Below are positions 45,009-55,348 of a stretch of 64,000 nt of DNA, one piece after another. Made by a program: the position numbers and the translations under genes. The DNA comes from a virus. The notes under the pieces were generated by a model. The model was not told the origin of the DNA, searched no databases, and was given only the letters and a program-made list of their open reading frames with translations. Where the stretch lies: IMG/VR virus record IMGVR_UViG_3300025407_001359. One strand, 5' to 3'. Positions within the stretch are counted from its first letter, which is position 1, and every line of letters starts with the position of its first letter.

Positions 45009-47675
45009 ATGTCATATATTGACGCATTGTTTGATCGCGACAAAGATCGTATTCACGTTGTAGAACGAGTCAACGGTGAGCGGGTATACAAAGAATATCC
45101 TGCCAACTACGTGTTTTATTATGACGATCCACGTGGCAAGTTCCGCACTATCTTTGATACTCCAGTTAATCGCTTTACTACTAGAAACAGTAAAGAATTT
45201 CACAAAGAACTCCGAGTCAACAGTAACAAACGCCTATGGGAATCGGATATCAATCCCATCTTCCGTTGCTTGGAAGAAAATTATCTTGGGATGAATTCGC
45301 CCCGACTTCAAACAGCCTTTTTCGATATTGAGGTCGATTTTGACCCTGATCGTGGCTATTCCAAACCTGAAGATCCATTCAACGCTATCACTGCTATTTC
45401 AGTTTACCTAGACTGGATGGATAAACTGGTCACCTTGGTGGTTCCACCCAAGAGTTACTCGTGGGCCACAGCCGAAGAAATTTGCAAAGGCTTTGACAAC
45501 TGCTTCCTGTTCGAACGTGAAGAGGACATGTTGAACACATTCCTTGATCTAATTCAAGATGCCGATATCTTGTCGGGCTGGAACAGTGAAGGCTTCGATA
45601 TTCCCTATACCACTATGCGTATCAATCGTGTGCTCAGCAAAGATGACACACGTAGACTGTGCCTGTGGGGCCAATATCCCAAGCAACGTACCTTTGAACG
45701 CTTTGGTGCAGAGAACTTGACCTTTGACTTGATAGGTCGTGTGCATATGGACTATATGCAGTTGTATAGAAAATATACCTATGAAGAACGTCACAGCTAC
45801 AGTTTGGATGCTATTGCAGAATATGAACTTGGCGAAAGTAAAACGCAATACGAAGGCACACTAGATCAATTGTACAACAAAGACTTTACCAAGTTTATTG
45901 AATACAATAGACAAGATACTATGCTGTTGTCTAGATTAGATAAGAAATTGCGTTTCTTAGATCTGGCCAACGAATTGGCTCACGATAATACTGTGTTGTT
46001 GGCAACCACAATGGGTGCCGTGGCAGTTACTGAGCAGGCAATTATCAACGAAGCTCACAGTCGTGGGTTGGTTGTACCTAATAGGAGATCTAGAGATGAC
46101 CAAGGAGAAACACAAGCCGCAGGTGCCTATGTTGCTTATCCCAAAAGGGGTATGCACGAATACATCGGTGCAATCGACATCAATTCGCTCTATCCCTCGG
46201 CTATTAGAGCCCTCAACATGGGTCCAGAAACAGTCGTTGGGCAACTCCGGCCAACAATAACTGATCATTACATTAGAGAAAAAATTGCCGCGGGCAGCAG
46301 TTTTGCTGATGCCTGGGAAAATATGTTTGGTACCTTAGAATATCAAGCAGTGATGAATGGCGAACCCGGTACTGAGATTACTATAGATTGGCAAGACGGA
46401 TCTAGTGATGTAATGAGTGCCAAAGATGTTTGGCGCTTGATATTTGACAGCAATCAGCCGTGGACATTCAGTGCCAATGGCACAATATTTAAATATGACA
46501 CCAAGGGTATTATTCCCGGACTGTTGGAGAGATGGTATGCTGAACGTAAAGAAATGCAAGCTAAAAAGAAAACCGCAACATCTAAGGAAGATGAAGCGTT
46601 CTGGGACAAAAGGCAACTTGTTAAAAAAATTAACCTCAACTCGCTCTACGGTGCGATCCTCAATCCGGGTTGCCGCTTCTTTGACCAAAGGATTGGCCAA
46701 AGTACGACACTTACGGGCCGTATTATTGCCAAACACATGGACTCGCACGTTAACGAAGCTATCACGGGTGAATACAACCACGTGGGCGCGGCAATCATTT
46801 ACGGGGACACAGACTCGGTCTATTTCTCAGCCTGGCCGCAAATCAAAGAGGAAGTAGAATCGGGACGTATGGAATGGAATCGAGAGATTTGTGTACAGTT
46901 ATATGATACCATTGCTGAATCAGTAAATGAATCGTTCCCGGCATTTATGGAACGTGCTTGCCATTGCCCTAGAGAAATGGGTGCAATTATTCGAGGTGGT
47001 CGAGAACTTATTGCCAGCAAGGGCCTGTTTATTAAAAAGAAACGTTATGGCATTTTGATATTTGATATGGAAGGTGTGCGCCTGGATACCCACGGCAAAG
47101 CCGGCAAAGTCAAAGCCATGGGTCTGGATCTTAAGCGATCAGACACTCCCAAGGTTGTACAAGATTTCTTGAGTGAAATCTTGATGATTGTGTTGACCGG
47201 TGCTGGCGATGTTCGCCAAACTGTGATCGACAAGGTACGTGATTTCAAAATCTTGTTTGCCGGTAGGCCAGCCTGGGAAAAAGGTACTCCCAAGCGTGTC
47301 AACAACTTGACCAAGTATACTGCTGAAGAAGAACGTTTAGGCAAAGCCAATATGCCTGGACACGTTCGTGCTGCGATGAACTGGAATAGACTGAAAAAGA
47401 TGCACGGCGACAACTACAGCACCAGTATCGTGGACGGTATGAAAACTATTGTGTGTAAACTCAAAGACAATCCACTGGGGTTAACCAGTGTAGGATATCC
47501 CACAGATGAAACACACATTCCGCAGTGGTTTAAAGAGTTGCCGTTTGATGATTCAACAATGGAATCAACCATTGTGGACCAAAAGGTAGAAAACTTGTTG
47601 GGTGTATTGGATTGGAAAATTGCCGAGAATACCGATATCAAGACCACATTTGATGATTTATTTTCATTCGAGTAA
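45009..47675 (+). CDS. B-family DNA polymerase (T4 gp43-like)
   Basis: ExoI FFDIEVD, ExoII GWNSEGFDIPY, DINSLYPS, KINLNSLYG, YGDTDS. Confidence 0.97.
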   Translation: MSYIDALFDRDKDRIHVVERVNGERVYKEYPANYVFYYDDPRGKFRTIFDTPVNRFTTRNSKEFHKELRVNSNKRLWESDINPIFRCLEENYLGMNSPRLQTAFFDIEVDFDPDRGYSKPEDPFNAITAISVYLDWMDKLVTLVVPPKSYSWATAEEICKGFDNCFLFEREEDMLNTFLDLIQDADILSGWNSEGFDIPYTTMRINRVLSKDDTRRLCLWGQYPKQRTFERFGAENLTFDLIGRVHMDYMQLYRKYTYEERHSYSLDAIAEYELGESKTQYEGTLDQLYNKDFTKFIEYNRQDTMLLSRLDKKLRFLDLANELAHDNTVLLATTMGAVAVTEQAIINEAHSRGLVVPNRRSRDDQGETQAAGAYVAYPKRGMHEYIGAIDINSLYPSAIRALNMGPETVVGQLRPTITDHYIREKIAAGSSFADAWENMFGTLEYQAVMNGEPGTEITIDWQDGSSDVMSAKDVWRLIFDSNQPWTFSANGTIFKYDTKGIIPGLLERWYAERKEMQAKKKTATSKEDEAFWDKRQLVKKINLNSLYGAILNPGCRFFDQRIGQSTTLTGRIIAKHMDSHVNEAITGEYNHVGAAIIYGDTDSVYFSAWPQIKEEVESGRMEWNREICVQLYDTIAESVNESFPAFMERACHCPREMGAIIRGGRELIASKGLFIKKKRYGILIFDMEGVRLDTHGKAGKVKAMGLDLKRSDTPKVVQDFLSEILMIVLTGAGDVRQTVIDKVRDFKILFAGRPAWEKGTPKRVNNLTKYTAEEERLGKANMPGHVRAAMNWNRLKKMHGDNYSTSIVDGMKTIVCKLKDNPLGLTSVGYPTDETHIPQWFKELPFDDSTMESTIVDQKVENLLGVLDWKIAENTDIKTTFDDLFSFE

Positions 47676-47678
47676 ACA

Positions 47679-48632
47679 ATGAAACTTAGCGAACTAGTAC
47701 GACTTCGAACACGATTGGAAACTGTTTACAGCACAGATTCAATTGCCCACGAAGTAGATTTGGCCAATCATCATTTGTTGGCAGTTAAAAATGAAACTCC
47801 TGACGACGATTTCCGAACACAAATCGGAAAACTGTCTGACGATATTAAAACAGTACATTTGCAATTGGCACACAATCAAAGTTTGTATAAAATACTGATC
47901 GACAACATCAACAATCAGATTGCTGCTGCCAGTGCCAAATTCTTCAGCGGCAATTACGATCTAGAATTGCGTGTTGAATCAGAAGCTGTTAATATCATTC
48001 GTAGAGTCAGGGTACTAGAAGTTGATTCAAACTTGCGAGAAGAAATCAAAGGACGTATTGCACTATATTCAAGCTGGCAATATCCAGCGTTAGAAATTGG
48101 CTGTCGTGATGGTGATTGGACCAAAGAGCTGACCACCAGCGATCCTTTGTACATTGTAGACTACTACAGAGAATTTATTGACTCCACTCTTGAAAATTTT
48201 AATCCAACATACCAAAAACGTATTCGTACCTATTTGTTAAAAGAAAAAGATTACAATATGAGTATGTTGCCACAAGGACAAATGAGTCTTGTATTTTGTT
48301 GGAATTTTTTAAACTATCGCAGCCTAGATACTGTAAAAGAATATTTGAAAGCAGTCAAAGAGTTGTTGCGCCCAGGCGGTGTGTTTATGTTCAGCTACAA
48401 CAACGGTGATGTGGCACAATCAGCTGGGTATGCTGAAAACTTCTTTATGAGTTACATTCCAAAATCAATGTTGATACCCTTGTGCGAAAGTTTGGGCTAT
48501 GAAATAGTGTTTAGCCGAGACAACGAAACATCTGGTGTTTCTTTTAGTTGGCTTGAAATTCGAAAACCTGGAAAACTGTCCAGCAACAAGGCTCACCCTG
48601 TCATGGGCGAATTGCAGAGAATAACGTATTGA
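47679..48632 (+). CDS. Coiled-coil plus class I methyltransferase-like protein
   Basis: ALEIGCRDG, ELLRPGGVFMF. Confidence 0.7.
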   Translation: MKLSELVRLRTRLETVYSTDSIAHEVDLANHHLLAVKNETPDDDFRTQIGKLSDDIKTVHLQLAHNQSLYKILIDNINNQIAAASAKFFSGNYDLELRVESEAVNIIRRVRVLEVDSNLREEIKGRIALYSSWQYPALEIGCRDGDWTKELTTSDPLYIVDYYREFIDSTLENFNPTYQKRIRTYLLKEKDYNMSMLPQGQMSLVFCWNFLNYRSLDTVKEYLKAVKELLRPGGVFMFSYNNGDVAQSAGYAENFFMSYIPKSMLIPLCESLGYEIVFSRDNETSGVSFSWLEIRKPGKLSSNKAHPVMGELQRITY

Positions 48633-48657
48633 CTTTTTCTAAATACATCTATATACT
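48629..48657 (+). promoter_or_regulatory. Sigma70 promoter with an embedded late CTAAATA
   Basis: TTGACT-17 nt-TATACT; CTAAATA at 48639-48645. Confidence 0.8.
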
Positions 48658-48681
48658 ACTACTATTAACGGAGAATAAACT

Positions 48682-49401
48682 ATGTTTGATCATTTAAAAG
48701 ATATTGTACAACACACATATGGCCTAGGCGTTATCAATATGCTCAAGGTAACTGGCACAGACCAAACCACTGTGATTAATGCATTTGACCAAGCTACCAA
48801 AACGGTAGTGTTGAACGCAGAATTCAAAGCACCAATTGCTGAATTTGTTGGCGTATTTGGTATGCCAAATTTGGATCGTTTGAATACTATTCTTAACATT
48901 CCAGAATACAAAGCTGATGCCAAGATCACTATCAATACACAAAACAACGAACCCAGCGGTGTTCACTTTGAAAACAAGTTAGGCGACTTTAAAAACGACT
49001 ATCGCTTTATGAGTACTGCGGTGATCAATGATCAACTCAAAAATGTCAAAATGAAACCAGTCAAATGGGGTGTAGAGATTACGCCAACTGCGGCCAGTAT
49101 TCAGAAACTCAAGTTTCAAGCAATGGCACACTCAGATGCTACCACATTCTCCAGTAAGACAGAAAATGGCGAATTGAAGTTTTTCTTTGGTGATCACGCC
49201 AGTCACGCAGGATCGTTTACATTTGCCACTACATCAGGCACATTGACCAAACAGTTGAATTGGCCCGTATCGGTTGTCAACAGTATTCTCAGCTTGCCAG
49301 GCGACAAAGAATTCAAGATTTCAGATGACGGTGTTGCTGAAATCACTGTGGACTCTGGTCTAGCAGTTTATCACTATATGTTACCAGCACAAACCAAGTA
49401 A
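48682..49401 (+). CDS. Sliding clamp (T4 gp45-like)
   Basis: 239 aa beta-rich protein near the polymerase; FG..NL..L..IL, DYRFM, YHYMLPA C-terminus. Confidence 0.65.
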   Translation: MFDHLKDIVQHTYGLGVINMLKVTGTDQTTVINAFDQATKTVVLNAEFKAPIAEFVGVFGMPNLDRLNTILNIPEYKADAKITINTQNNEPSGVHFENKLGDFKNDYRFMSTAVINDQLKNVKMKPVKWGVEITPTAASIQKLKFQAMAHSDATTFSSKTENGELKFFFGDHASHAGSFTFATTSGTLTKQLNWPVSVVNSILSLPGDKEFKISDDGVAEITVDSGLAVYHYMLPAQTK

Positions 49402-49402
49402 T

Positions 49403-50017
49403 ATGGAGTTGGAGTATCTTAGATCAAGAGGGTATCGACCCAAGGGCGGATTTCTTTCGCCCTCGAATGTATTTTATCTAAATATTCCAAAGAACGCCAG
49501 TACTTATCTCAGTAACATACTGTTTAGTAACGGGTGGCGACACTTTGTTTTCAATGAATATGCACCAGTTACCGAAGCCATAGTTGTATTGAGAGATCCT
49601 GTAGAACGTTGGGTATCTGGATTTGCCACCTACGTGTCAAGTTGGATTTGTAGCAACGGATACGGAAGTGATCATTTTGTTGCAGATTATAACTGGTTGA
49701 CAGAAAATCTCATTTTTGATAATTTGGTATTTGACGATCATACTACACCACAATGGCAATATATTTCACAGTTGCCGGCCACGTGCCAGGTAAAGTATTT
49801 TGTATTGAATCAAAAAACCATTGTTGACGATATTTCGGCATACACCGGGCAGTCATTGACGGTTGCGGACGTGGATGCCAATGTATCAGAAGATAACTAC
49901 GATCAAAAGCAAATTATACAATTTATGAAAAACAGACTAGAAAAAAAACCTGAGTTAAAGAATAAAATAATTGAGCGATACAAACGTGACTTTGACCTTA
50001 TAGATAGTGTAAAATAA
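49403..50017 (+). CDS. Sulfotransferase family 2-like protein
   Basis: YLNIPKNASTYL, VLRDPVERWVSG, H..PQ, Y.RDF. Confidence 0.75.
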   Translation: MELEYLRSRGYRPKGGFLSPSNVFYLNIPKNASTYLSNILFSNGWRHFVFNEYAPVTEAIVVLRDPVERWVSGFATYVSSWICSNGYGSDHFVADYNWLTENLIFDNLVFDDHTTPQWQYISQLPATCQVKYFVLNQKTIVDDISAYTGQSLTVADVDANVSEDNYDQKQIIQFMKNRLEKKPELKNKIIERYKRDFDLIDSVK

Positions 50018-50021
50018 CTGT

Positions 50022-51578
50022 ATGCAAGACAACTTAACTGCAAAACAAAATGACTATGCTGTGTTTCTTCCAGCTATCTCGGGTTTCTACGCTACCTTCA
50101 TAGGCAAGCAACGTGATCCTGTCAATGGTCCTTATGTAGACCCTGTGCGTTTTCCACAGGGCCTAACAGATATGGAACAGCTGAACTGGTTGAATGATCA
50201 GAAGGCCTTGTTCCCATATAAGTGGTCGCTTTACTCCGGCGGCCATGCCAACCTGGACCTTACCAAGCAAGATTGGAGCGAGGATATGGTCCGTAATCGT
50301 GATCCCAACACACTAGTGCTAGGCGACTCTGGAGGATTCCAGATTGCCAAAGGACTATGGGAAGGCGATTGGAAGGCTAACTCAGGGTGCCCGAAGGCCC
50401 AAGCACGGCGTGAAGCTGTGGTCAAGTGGCTGGACGGCATTGCTGACTATGGTATGACATTAGATATTCCAACTTGGGTCATCCACGATAAAAATGCATC
50501 AGCCAAATGTGGAATTCGTACACTAGAAGAAGCTGTTGATGCTACCCGATTCAACAACGAGTTTTATATGAAACATCGCAAGGGTGTTCGTAACGGTGGT
50601 ATGAAAGTGCTTAATGTTTTACAAGGCGCCAATCATCCTGATGCTGATCGTTGGTATGAAATTATGAAAGAGTATTGTGATCCAGTCAAATATCCCGACA
50701 CACACTTTAATGGGTGGGCTATGGGTGGACAGAATATGTGTGATGTACACTTGATCCTTAGACGATTGGTTACACTACGTTATGATAATTTACTACAAGA
50801 AGGTGTTCACGATTGGATGCACTTCTTGGGTACCAGCAAATTGGAGTGGGCAGTATTATTAACTGTTATTCAACGTAATGTACGCAAGTATGTTAATCCT
50901 GCATTTACTATATCGTTTGACTGTGCTAGTCCATTCTTGGCCACGGCCAATGGACAGGTCTACTTTGAAAATGTTTTCCCTGACAATGGCAAATGGTCGT
51001 ATCGTATGGCACCTAGTGCAGATGATAAGAAATATGCCACAGACACACGCAAATGGTCAGATGGTGTAGTAGCGGATGGTATCTATCCACGTTGGGAAAA
51101 TAGCCCTATCTCAGATATGCTCAAGATGAAAGATATTTGCTACTACAAGCCAGGTGATGTCAACAAGAACGGCAAAGAAGGCAAAACAAGTTGGGATAGT
51201 TTCAGTTACGCATTGTTGATGGGACACAATGTATGGATGCACTTGACTGCGGTACAAGAAGCCAATCGACGCTTTGACGCCGGTGAACATCCGGCAATGA
51301 TGCGCTGTAGTGGTCCACGTGGTGAATACTTTGAAGACATTGTAGAAGCTATTTTTGCTGCACCCGACAAAGAGACCGCTATGGAAATTATTGAAATGTA
51401 CGGTGGGCCATTGGGCTACTGGACCGAGATTATTGGTACCCGCGGTTTCAAAGGTAAAAAAGCGTTTAACGGCAATGCTATGTTTGATCAGCTGTTTGAC
51501 GTCGAAGGTGGAGAAACTGTAGAAGAAGCACCAGAAGAAGAATTTGACGAATCTAAACTTGAACATTTGGGAGAATAA
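50022..51578 (+). CDS. dpdA: tRNA-guanine-transglycosylase-like protein (DpdA-type candidate)
   Basis: LGDSGGFQ, MTLDIP, NVLQG, GWAMGG, MHFLG, SFDCASPF follow TGT/DpdA motif order; DNA substrate is inferred. Confidence 0.75.
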   Translation: MQDNLTAKQNDYAVFLPAISGFYATFIGKQRDPVNGPYVDPVRFPQGLTDMEQLNWLNDQKALFPYKWSLYSGGHANLDLTKQDWSEDMVRNRDPNTLVLGDSGGFQIAKGLWEGDWKANSGCPKAQARREAVVKWLDGIADYGMTLDIPTWVIHDKNASAKCGIRTLEEAVDATRFNNEFYMKHRKGVRNGGMKVLNVLQGANHPDADRWYEIMKEYCDPVKYPDTHFNGWAMGGQNMCDVHLILRRLVTLRYDNLLQEGVHDWMHFLGTSKLEWAVLLTVIQRNVRKYVNPAFTISFDCASPFLATANGQVYFENVFPDNGKWSYRMAPSADDKKYATDTRKWSDGVVADGIYPRWENSPISDMLKMKDICYYKPGDVNKNGKEGKTSWDSFSYALLMGHNVWMHLTAVQEANRRFDAGEHPAMMRCSGPRGEYFEDIVEAIFAAPDKETAMEIIEMYGGPLGYWTEIIGTRGFKGKKAFNGNAMFDQLFDVEGGETVEEAPEEEFDESKLEHLGE

Positions 51579-51761
51579 ATGGAACATTGGGAAAATCGTT
51601 TACGACATTTAGAACACGACCACGCAGTACTAGACAAACGTATTGATGGTATGGAAAGTACCGGGGTATTTGAAGATGCCACTTTGGAAGTGTTAAAAAA
51701 GCAGAGACTGCATTTAAAAGACGAAATTGTCAAATTAAAAACACAACACGAGCAAGCATAA
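51579..51761 (+). CDS. YdcH/DUF465-like small coiled-coil protein
   Basis: L.HLEHDHAVLDKRI...LKKQRL.LKDEI. Confidence 0.75.
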   Translation: MEHWENRLRHLEHDHAVLDKRIDGMESTGVFEDATLEVLKKQRLHLKDEIVKLKTQHEQA

Positions 51762-52276
51762 TGAATAGAGCAGGACACGATCAAGTCAATTTCTTTATTG
51801 GAAAAGAAGTAGAACACACTCCGGCATTTGGATTGCGTACACTATTTGTAGTGGGTCTACAGGATCCACAAATTGTGTTACAAATAGTCGACAATAGCGA
51901 TTGCGAACATATCTACTTTGGTGCCAATCAAAGTTTTCCAAATTTAGACACCGATGACGCCGACAACTGGCGCGAATGGGAATCAATGATCAGTGATTGC
52001 CTAGAAAGAGGAATTTTGTGTACACTGGATTTAGACAGCAGCTGTGCCGAAGGTTTAACCGAAAGCGGTCTAGTAGAATACAACAACTTTATTCCAATGA
52101 TTAGTGTTAAATTGCCTTATGTGCAACTGTTGGGATATAATGCCACTATCAAAATTGATGACAAAGATTTTGCAAAATCCAATCCTGGAGTATGGTGTCA
52201 CAGCTTGCACGAATTGCGTGATCGTACCAAGTTTACTGACTGGTCCAAATACACACAAGACGAAATAATCAGATGA
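51761..52276 (+). CDS. Hypothetical protein in the dpdA operon
   Basis: FFIGKEVEHTPAFGLRTLFVVG, HIYFGANQSF, VWCHSL. Confidence 0.7.
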   Translation: MNRAGHDQVNFFIGKEVEHTPAFGLRTLFVVGLQDPQIVLQIVDNSDCEHIYFGANQSFPNLDTDDADNWREWESMISDCLERGILCTLDLDSSCAEGLTESGLVEYNNFIPMISVKLPYVQLLGYNATIKIDDKDFAKSNPGVWCHSLHELRDRTKFTDWSKYTQDEIIR

Positions 52277-53373
52277 TTGAGTGTCCGCTTCCGTGGACTG
52301 GTATTGCTGTCAACCCCGACGGATCTGTTAGAAATTGTGCAATGAGTCAAGAAACTCTTGGCAATTTAAAAACATCGCCGGTGGCTGAAATATTAAACAA
52401 CAATCGCAATCAAACAATAAGACGTGAACTGACAGCAGGCATATGGCCCAGCAGTTGCAGATTGTGCCAGCAACGCGAAACAGTTGACCCCGAGTTCAGT
52501 AACCGAGCATATCAACTCAAACTGCACCAAGACGTTGCGATTGATTATACAGGTCCGCATACGCTAACACAGTTAGATCTACGTTGGTCAAATACCTGTA
52601 ACTATGCTTGTGTTTATTGCGGACCGTACTTCAGTAGCCTATGGGCCAGTGAAATGGGACAACGTGTCAATGCTGACCGTACTGCATTTGATCAATTAAA
52701 AGATTACACCTACGATAAACTGGCCGGACTCAAAGAAGTATACTTGGCCGGTGGCGAACCTTTGATAATCAAAGAAAACGGCGAACTATTGGACCGACTG
52801 TACACAGTCAATCCCGACTGCTTGGTGCGCATAACCACAAACCTGTCAAATCTACAAACAGGTATCTACAGCAAAATAAAGAAATTTAAAAATGTACAGT
52901 GGGAAGTCAGTGTGGAAGCCACTGGCTCAGCATTTGAATACATACGCTATCCCGGCGTATGGACTGAACTTGAAGCCAACATAAAACAATTGATAGCAGA
53001 ATGGCCCAGCAATCAAATTGGTATAACAATGAATTATTTTTTGTTAAACGCCACCACCATCATTGAAACTGGCCAATATCTGATCAATTTGGGTATGGAC
53101 GAAAATCGTGTGGCTGTACACTACTTGACTGATCCCAAATACTTGGACGCTAGAAATTTGAATGAAAAATATCTACAGAGCACTCGAGACTATCTAAATA
53201 GTTATCAAGCACCAACAACATTTGCTACCAGTTTGCAAAACTGCAGAGAGTTTCTTGCCAAACCATTTGACCGTAACAGTGGCAATGTTGTACAATCGTT
53301 GACTGCTATTGACCAAAGACGAAATTTAAATTTTACTACAACCTTTCCTGATCTATTAACCAAACTGGTATGA
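52273..53373 (+). CDS. Radical SAM protein with an N-terminal Cys-rich (twitch/SPASM-like) segment
   Basis: CNYACVYC (CxxxCxxC), GGEP, TTNLS; N-terminal CPLPW...C...C..C. Confidence 0.85.
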   Translation: MIECPLPWTGIAVNPDGSVRNCAMSQETLGNLKTSPVAEILNNNRNQTIRRELTAGIWPSSCRLCQQRETVDPEFSNRAYQLKLHQDVAIDYTGPHTLTQLDLRWSNTCNYACVYCGPYFSSLWASEMGQRVNADRTAFDQLKDYTYDKLAGLKEVYLAGGEPLIIKENGELLDRLYTVNPDCLVRITTNLSNLQTGIYSKIKKFKNVQWEVSVEATGSAFEYIRYPGVWTELEANIKQLIAEWPSNQIGITMNYFLLNATTIIETGQYLINLGMDENRVAVHYLTDPKYLDARNLNEKYLQSTRDYLNSYQAPTTFATSLQNCREFLAKPFDRNSGNVVQSLTAIDQRRNLNFTTTFPDLLTKLV

Positions 53374-54254
53374 AAATCCGCAACTGGTCTGAAACATTAG
53401 TCAATTGGAGACAAGAGGCTTTTGGAGTAGGACCCAATCCAAATACCGAATATTATTCCAAAATCAACGACAACGATGCCATAGTAATTACCATGGGCGA
53501 CAGCTGGACCTACGGAGACGGTATCCCACCGCAGTTGCGCCATTCAATGATTTATGGTGGATTGATTGCTCAAAAACTCTCAGCTGACTGGTTGAACATT
53601 GGGTGCTGTGCGTGGTCAAACTCGTATGTTTTGAGTCATTTAGATCGCATAGTTGAGCAATTAGACTGTTGCGATTATAAGAAAATTTATGTTATAATAA
53701 CACTAACAGAAAATGGCAGAGATATTGACCAGGCTGCACATTATAAATTTTCTGCTCGGTCTAGATTTGATGAACTGGAAGAAACACCGGAGTTTTATCA
53801 ATCGTTGTTGAGTGATCTAGAACAGGTCTGGTGCGACACGATTTGCAATAGTATCGCCAAGATGGATTCAAGATATACTGTGGTTGTTGGCAACAATTTT
53901 GTATGGCACAACGGTATTGTTGATAGATTGCAGAATCGTGCTGTGTTGTTGGAACGCAACTGGATTGAGTGTTTGGCCCAGGCACAGGGATTGGCAGATC
54001 CTGTTAGAACCAATTTGGTAACTGGTTGGATTTTTGATAGTATTAACGAAAACGTACATAGAGAAATAGCAGTGAAGTCTAAGACAGCATACAACTCGTG
54101 GGCATTACCTTTAATTGAAAAGGCCACTCGAGTCAATGAGTGGTTAGATTCCAGTGCAATGAACAATAAACGATCCAGCAAACACCCCAACGGCAACGGA
54201 CACCAAGTCTGGGCCGATTATATTTTAACCTTTTTACAACCAAGCAAGGCCTAG
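53370..54254 (+). CDS. SGNH/GDSL-like protein
   Basis: MGDSWTYG block I; HPN..GH..WA block V. Confidence 0.7.
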   Translation: MKIRNWSETLVNWRQEAFGVGPNPNTEYYSKINDNDAIVITMGDSWTYGDGIPPQLRHSMIYGGLIAQKLSADWLNIGCCAWSNSYVLSHLDRIVEQLDCCDYKKIYVIITLTENGRDIDQAAHYKFSARSRFDELEETPEFYQSLLSDLEQVWCDTICNSIAKMDSRYTVVVGNNFVWHNGIVDRLQNRAVLLERNWIECLAQAQGLADPVRTNLVTGWIFDSINENVHREIAVKSKTAYNSWALPLIEKATRVNEWLDSSAMNNKRSSKHPNGNGHQVWADYILTFLQPSKA

Positions 54255-54255
54255 T

Positions 54256-54720
54256 ATGAATCAAGAACAAAGAGCAACTGTAGAACGAATCAAAGACGCT
54301 GCCAAGCGACAAATTTGGGTCACCTTTGAACGGGAAGGTGTACATTGCTACCCGGCCGCAGCCACAGACCCACAATTAGCAACAGGAGATGAATATGATG
54401 TATCGTTTTTGGCCAGTCCTCATCGCCATATGTTTCATTTCCGGGTGTCAATCGATGTGTTCCATAACGACCGGGACATCGAGTTCATCCAGTTCAAACG
54501 CTGGCTCGAGAACCTATACAGTGGGACCGGTCCCCATAATGAAAATCGAGTTTTAGAACTCAATTACAAGAGTTGCGAAATGATTGCGGATGACTTGTAT
54601 GTCCAAATTGCTGCACGTTATCCCAATCGTTGTGTTACAATTGAAGTGTCCGAGGACGGTGAGAACGGATGCTCAATTGCTTATAACCTCACCCGTCCAA
54701 GTCAATCAATTGTTATTTAA
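54256..54720 (+). CDS. queD: QueD/PTPS-like T-fold protein
   Basis: GVHCYP...HRHMFHF...SCEMIA; context with dpdA and folE. Confidence 0.6.
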   Translation: MNQEQRATVERIKDAAKRQIWVTFEREGVHCYPAAATDPQLATGDEYDVSFLASPHRHMFHFRVSIDVFHNDRDIEFIQFKRWLENLYSGTGPHNENRVLELNYKSCEMIADDLYVQIAARYPNRCVTIEVSEDGENGCSIAYNLTRPSQSIVI

Positions 54721-54731
54721 GGAGTAGTAAA

Positions 54732-55001
54732 ATGGCCAAACCAGAATGGCTCAATAAGTATCTTCGTTTCAAACCCGAAGTGACCACAATCTTTGAAGAT
54801 CTAGAAAACTATCATGAGTTTTGTCGTAACTACGGATATCCATTTGATGAACGCAATCTTTACAACGAGCGTACACCATATGGTGAGTATATGAAGATGT
54901 TGCGTGGTCGCGAACCTTGGGACCAATGGCGTACTCCTAAGCGTGATCGTAAAGACTTCAAACCACGTGATACCAATTGGAAACCGAGACATAATCAATG
55001 A
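54732..55001 (+). CDS. Hypothetical protein
   Basis: AAGGAG SD; 89 aa. Confidence 0.65.
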   Translation: MAKPEWLNKYLRFKPEVTTIFEDLENYHEFCRNYGYPFDERNLYNERTPYGEYMKMLRGREPWDQWRTPKRDRKDFKPRDTNWKPRHNQ

Positions 55002-55348
55002 AATTAGCACCACAGGCGCCTGCTGAGGGCATTTTAAAACAAGGCGAATGGGGCGATGCCAAGAGCTATAACGTACCGTGTTCTTGTTGTGGGTCTGATT
55101 GCGAACATAATGTATGGGTAGAAAGTGATGCTGCTGGTGTCACTGTTACCACCTATACCAAGCAAAAAACCAATTGGTGGAGTCAAACACGCTGGTCGCA
55201 TCTTTGGCGGTTGTTGACTCGTGGCTACGTGGAATACGAAGCCAGTATTATTATGACCCGTCAACAGGCTCACAATTATGCATCAGCCTTGAACCAAGCA
55301 GTTGCCGATGTGGACGAGTTTAGAAAAAAACGCAAAAAAAATGTATAA
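54998..55348 (+). CDS. Hypothetical protein with C.CC..C.H
   Basis: 116 aa, coupled. Confidence 0.6.
   Translation: MKLAPQAPAEGILKQGEWGDAKSYNVPCSCCGSDCEHNVWVESDAAGVTVTTYTKQKTNWWSQTRWSHLWRLLTRGYVEYEASIIMTRQQAHNYASALNQAVADVDEFRKKRKKNV

Noticed and set aside
45009-47675. Intein or intron in the DNA polymerase
   Set aside because: Continuous 888-aa ORF with normally spaced motifs and no splice or homing-endonuclease signatures.
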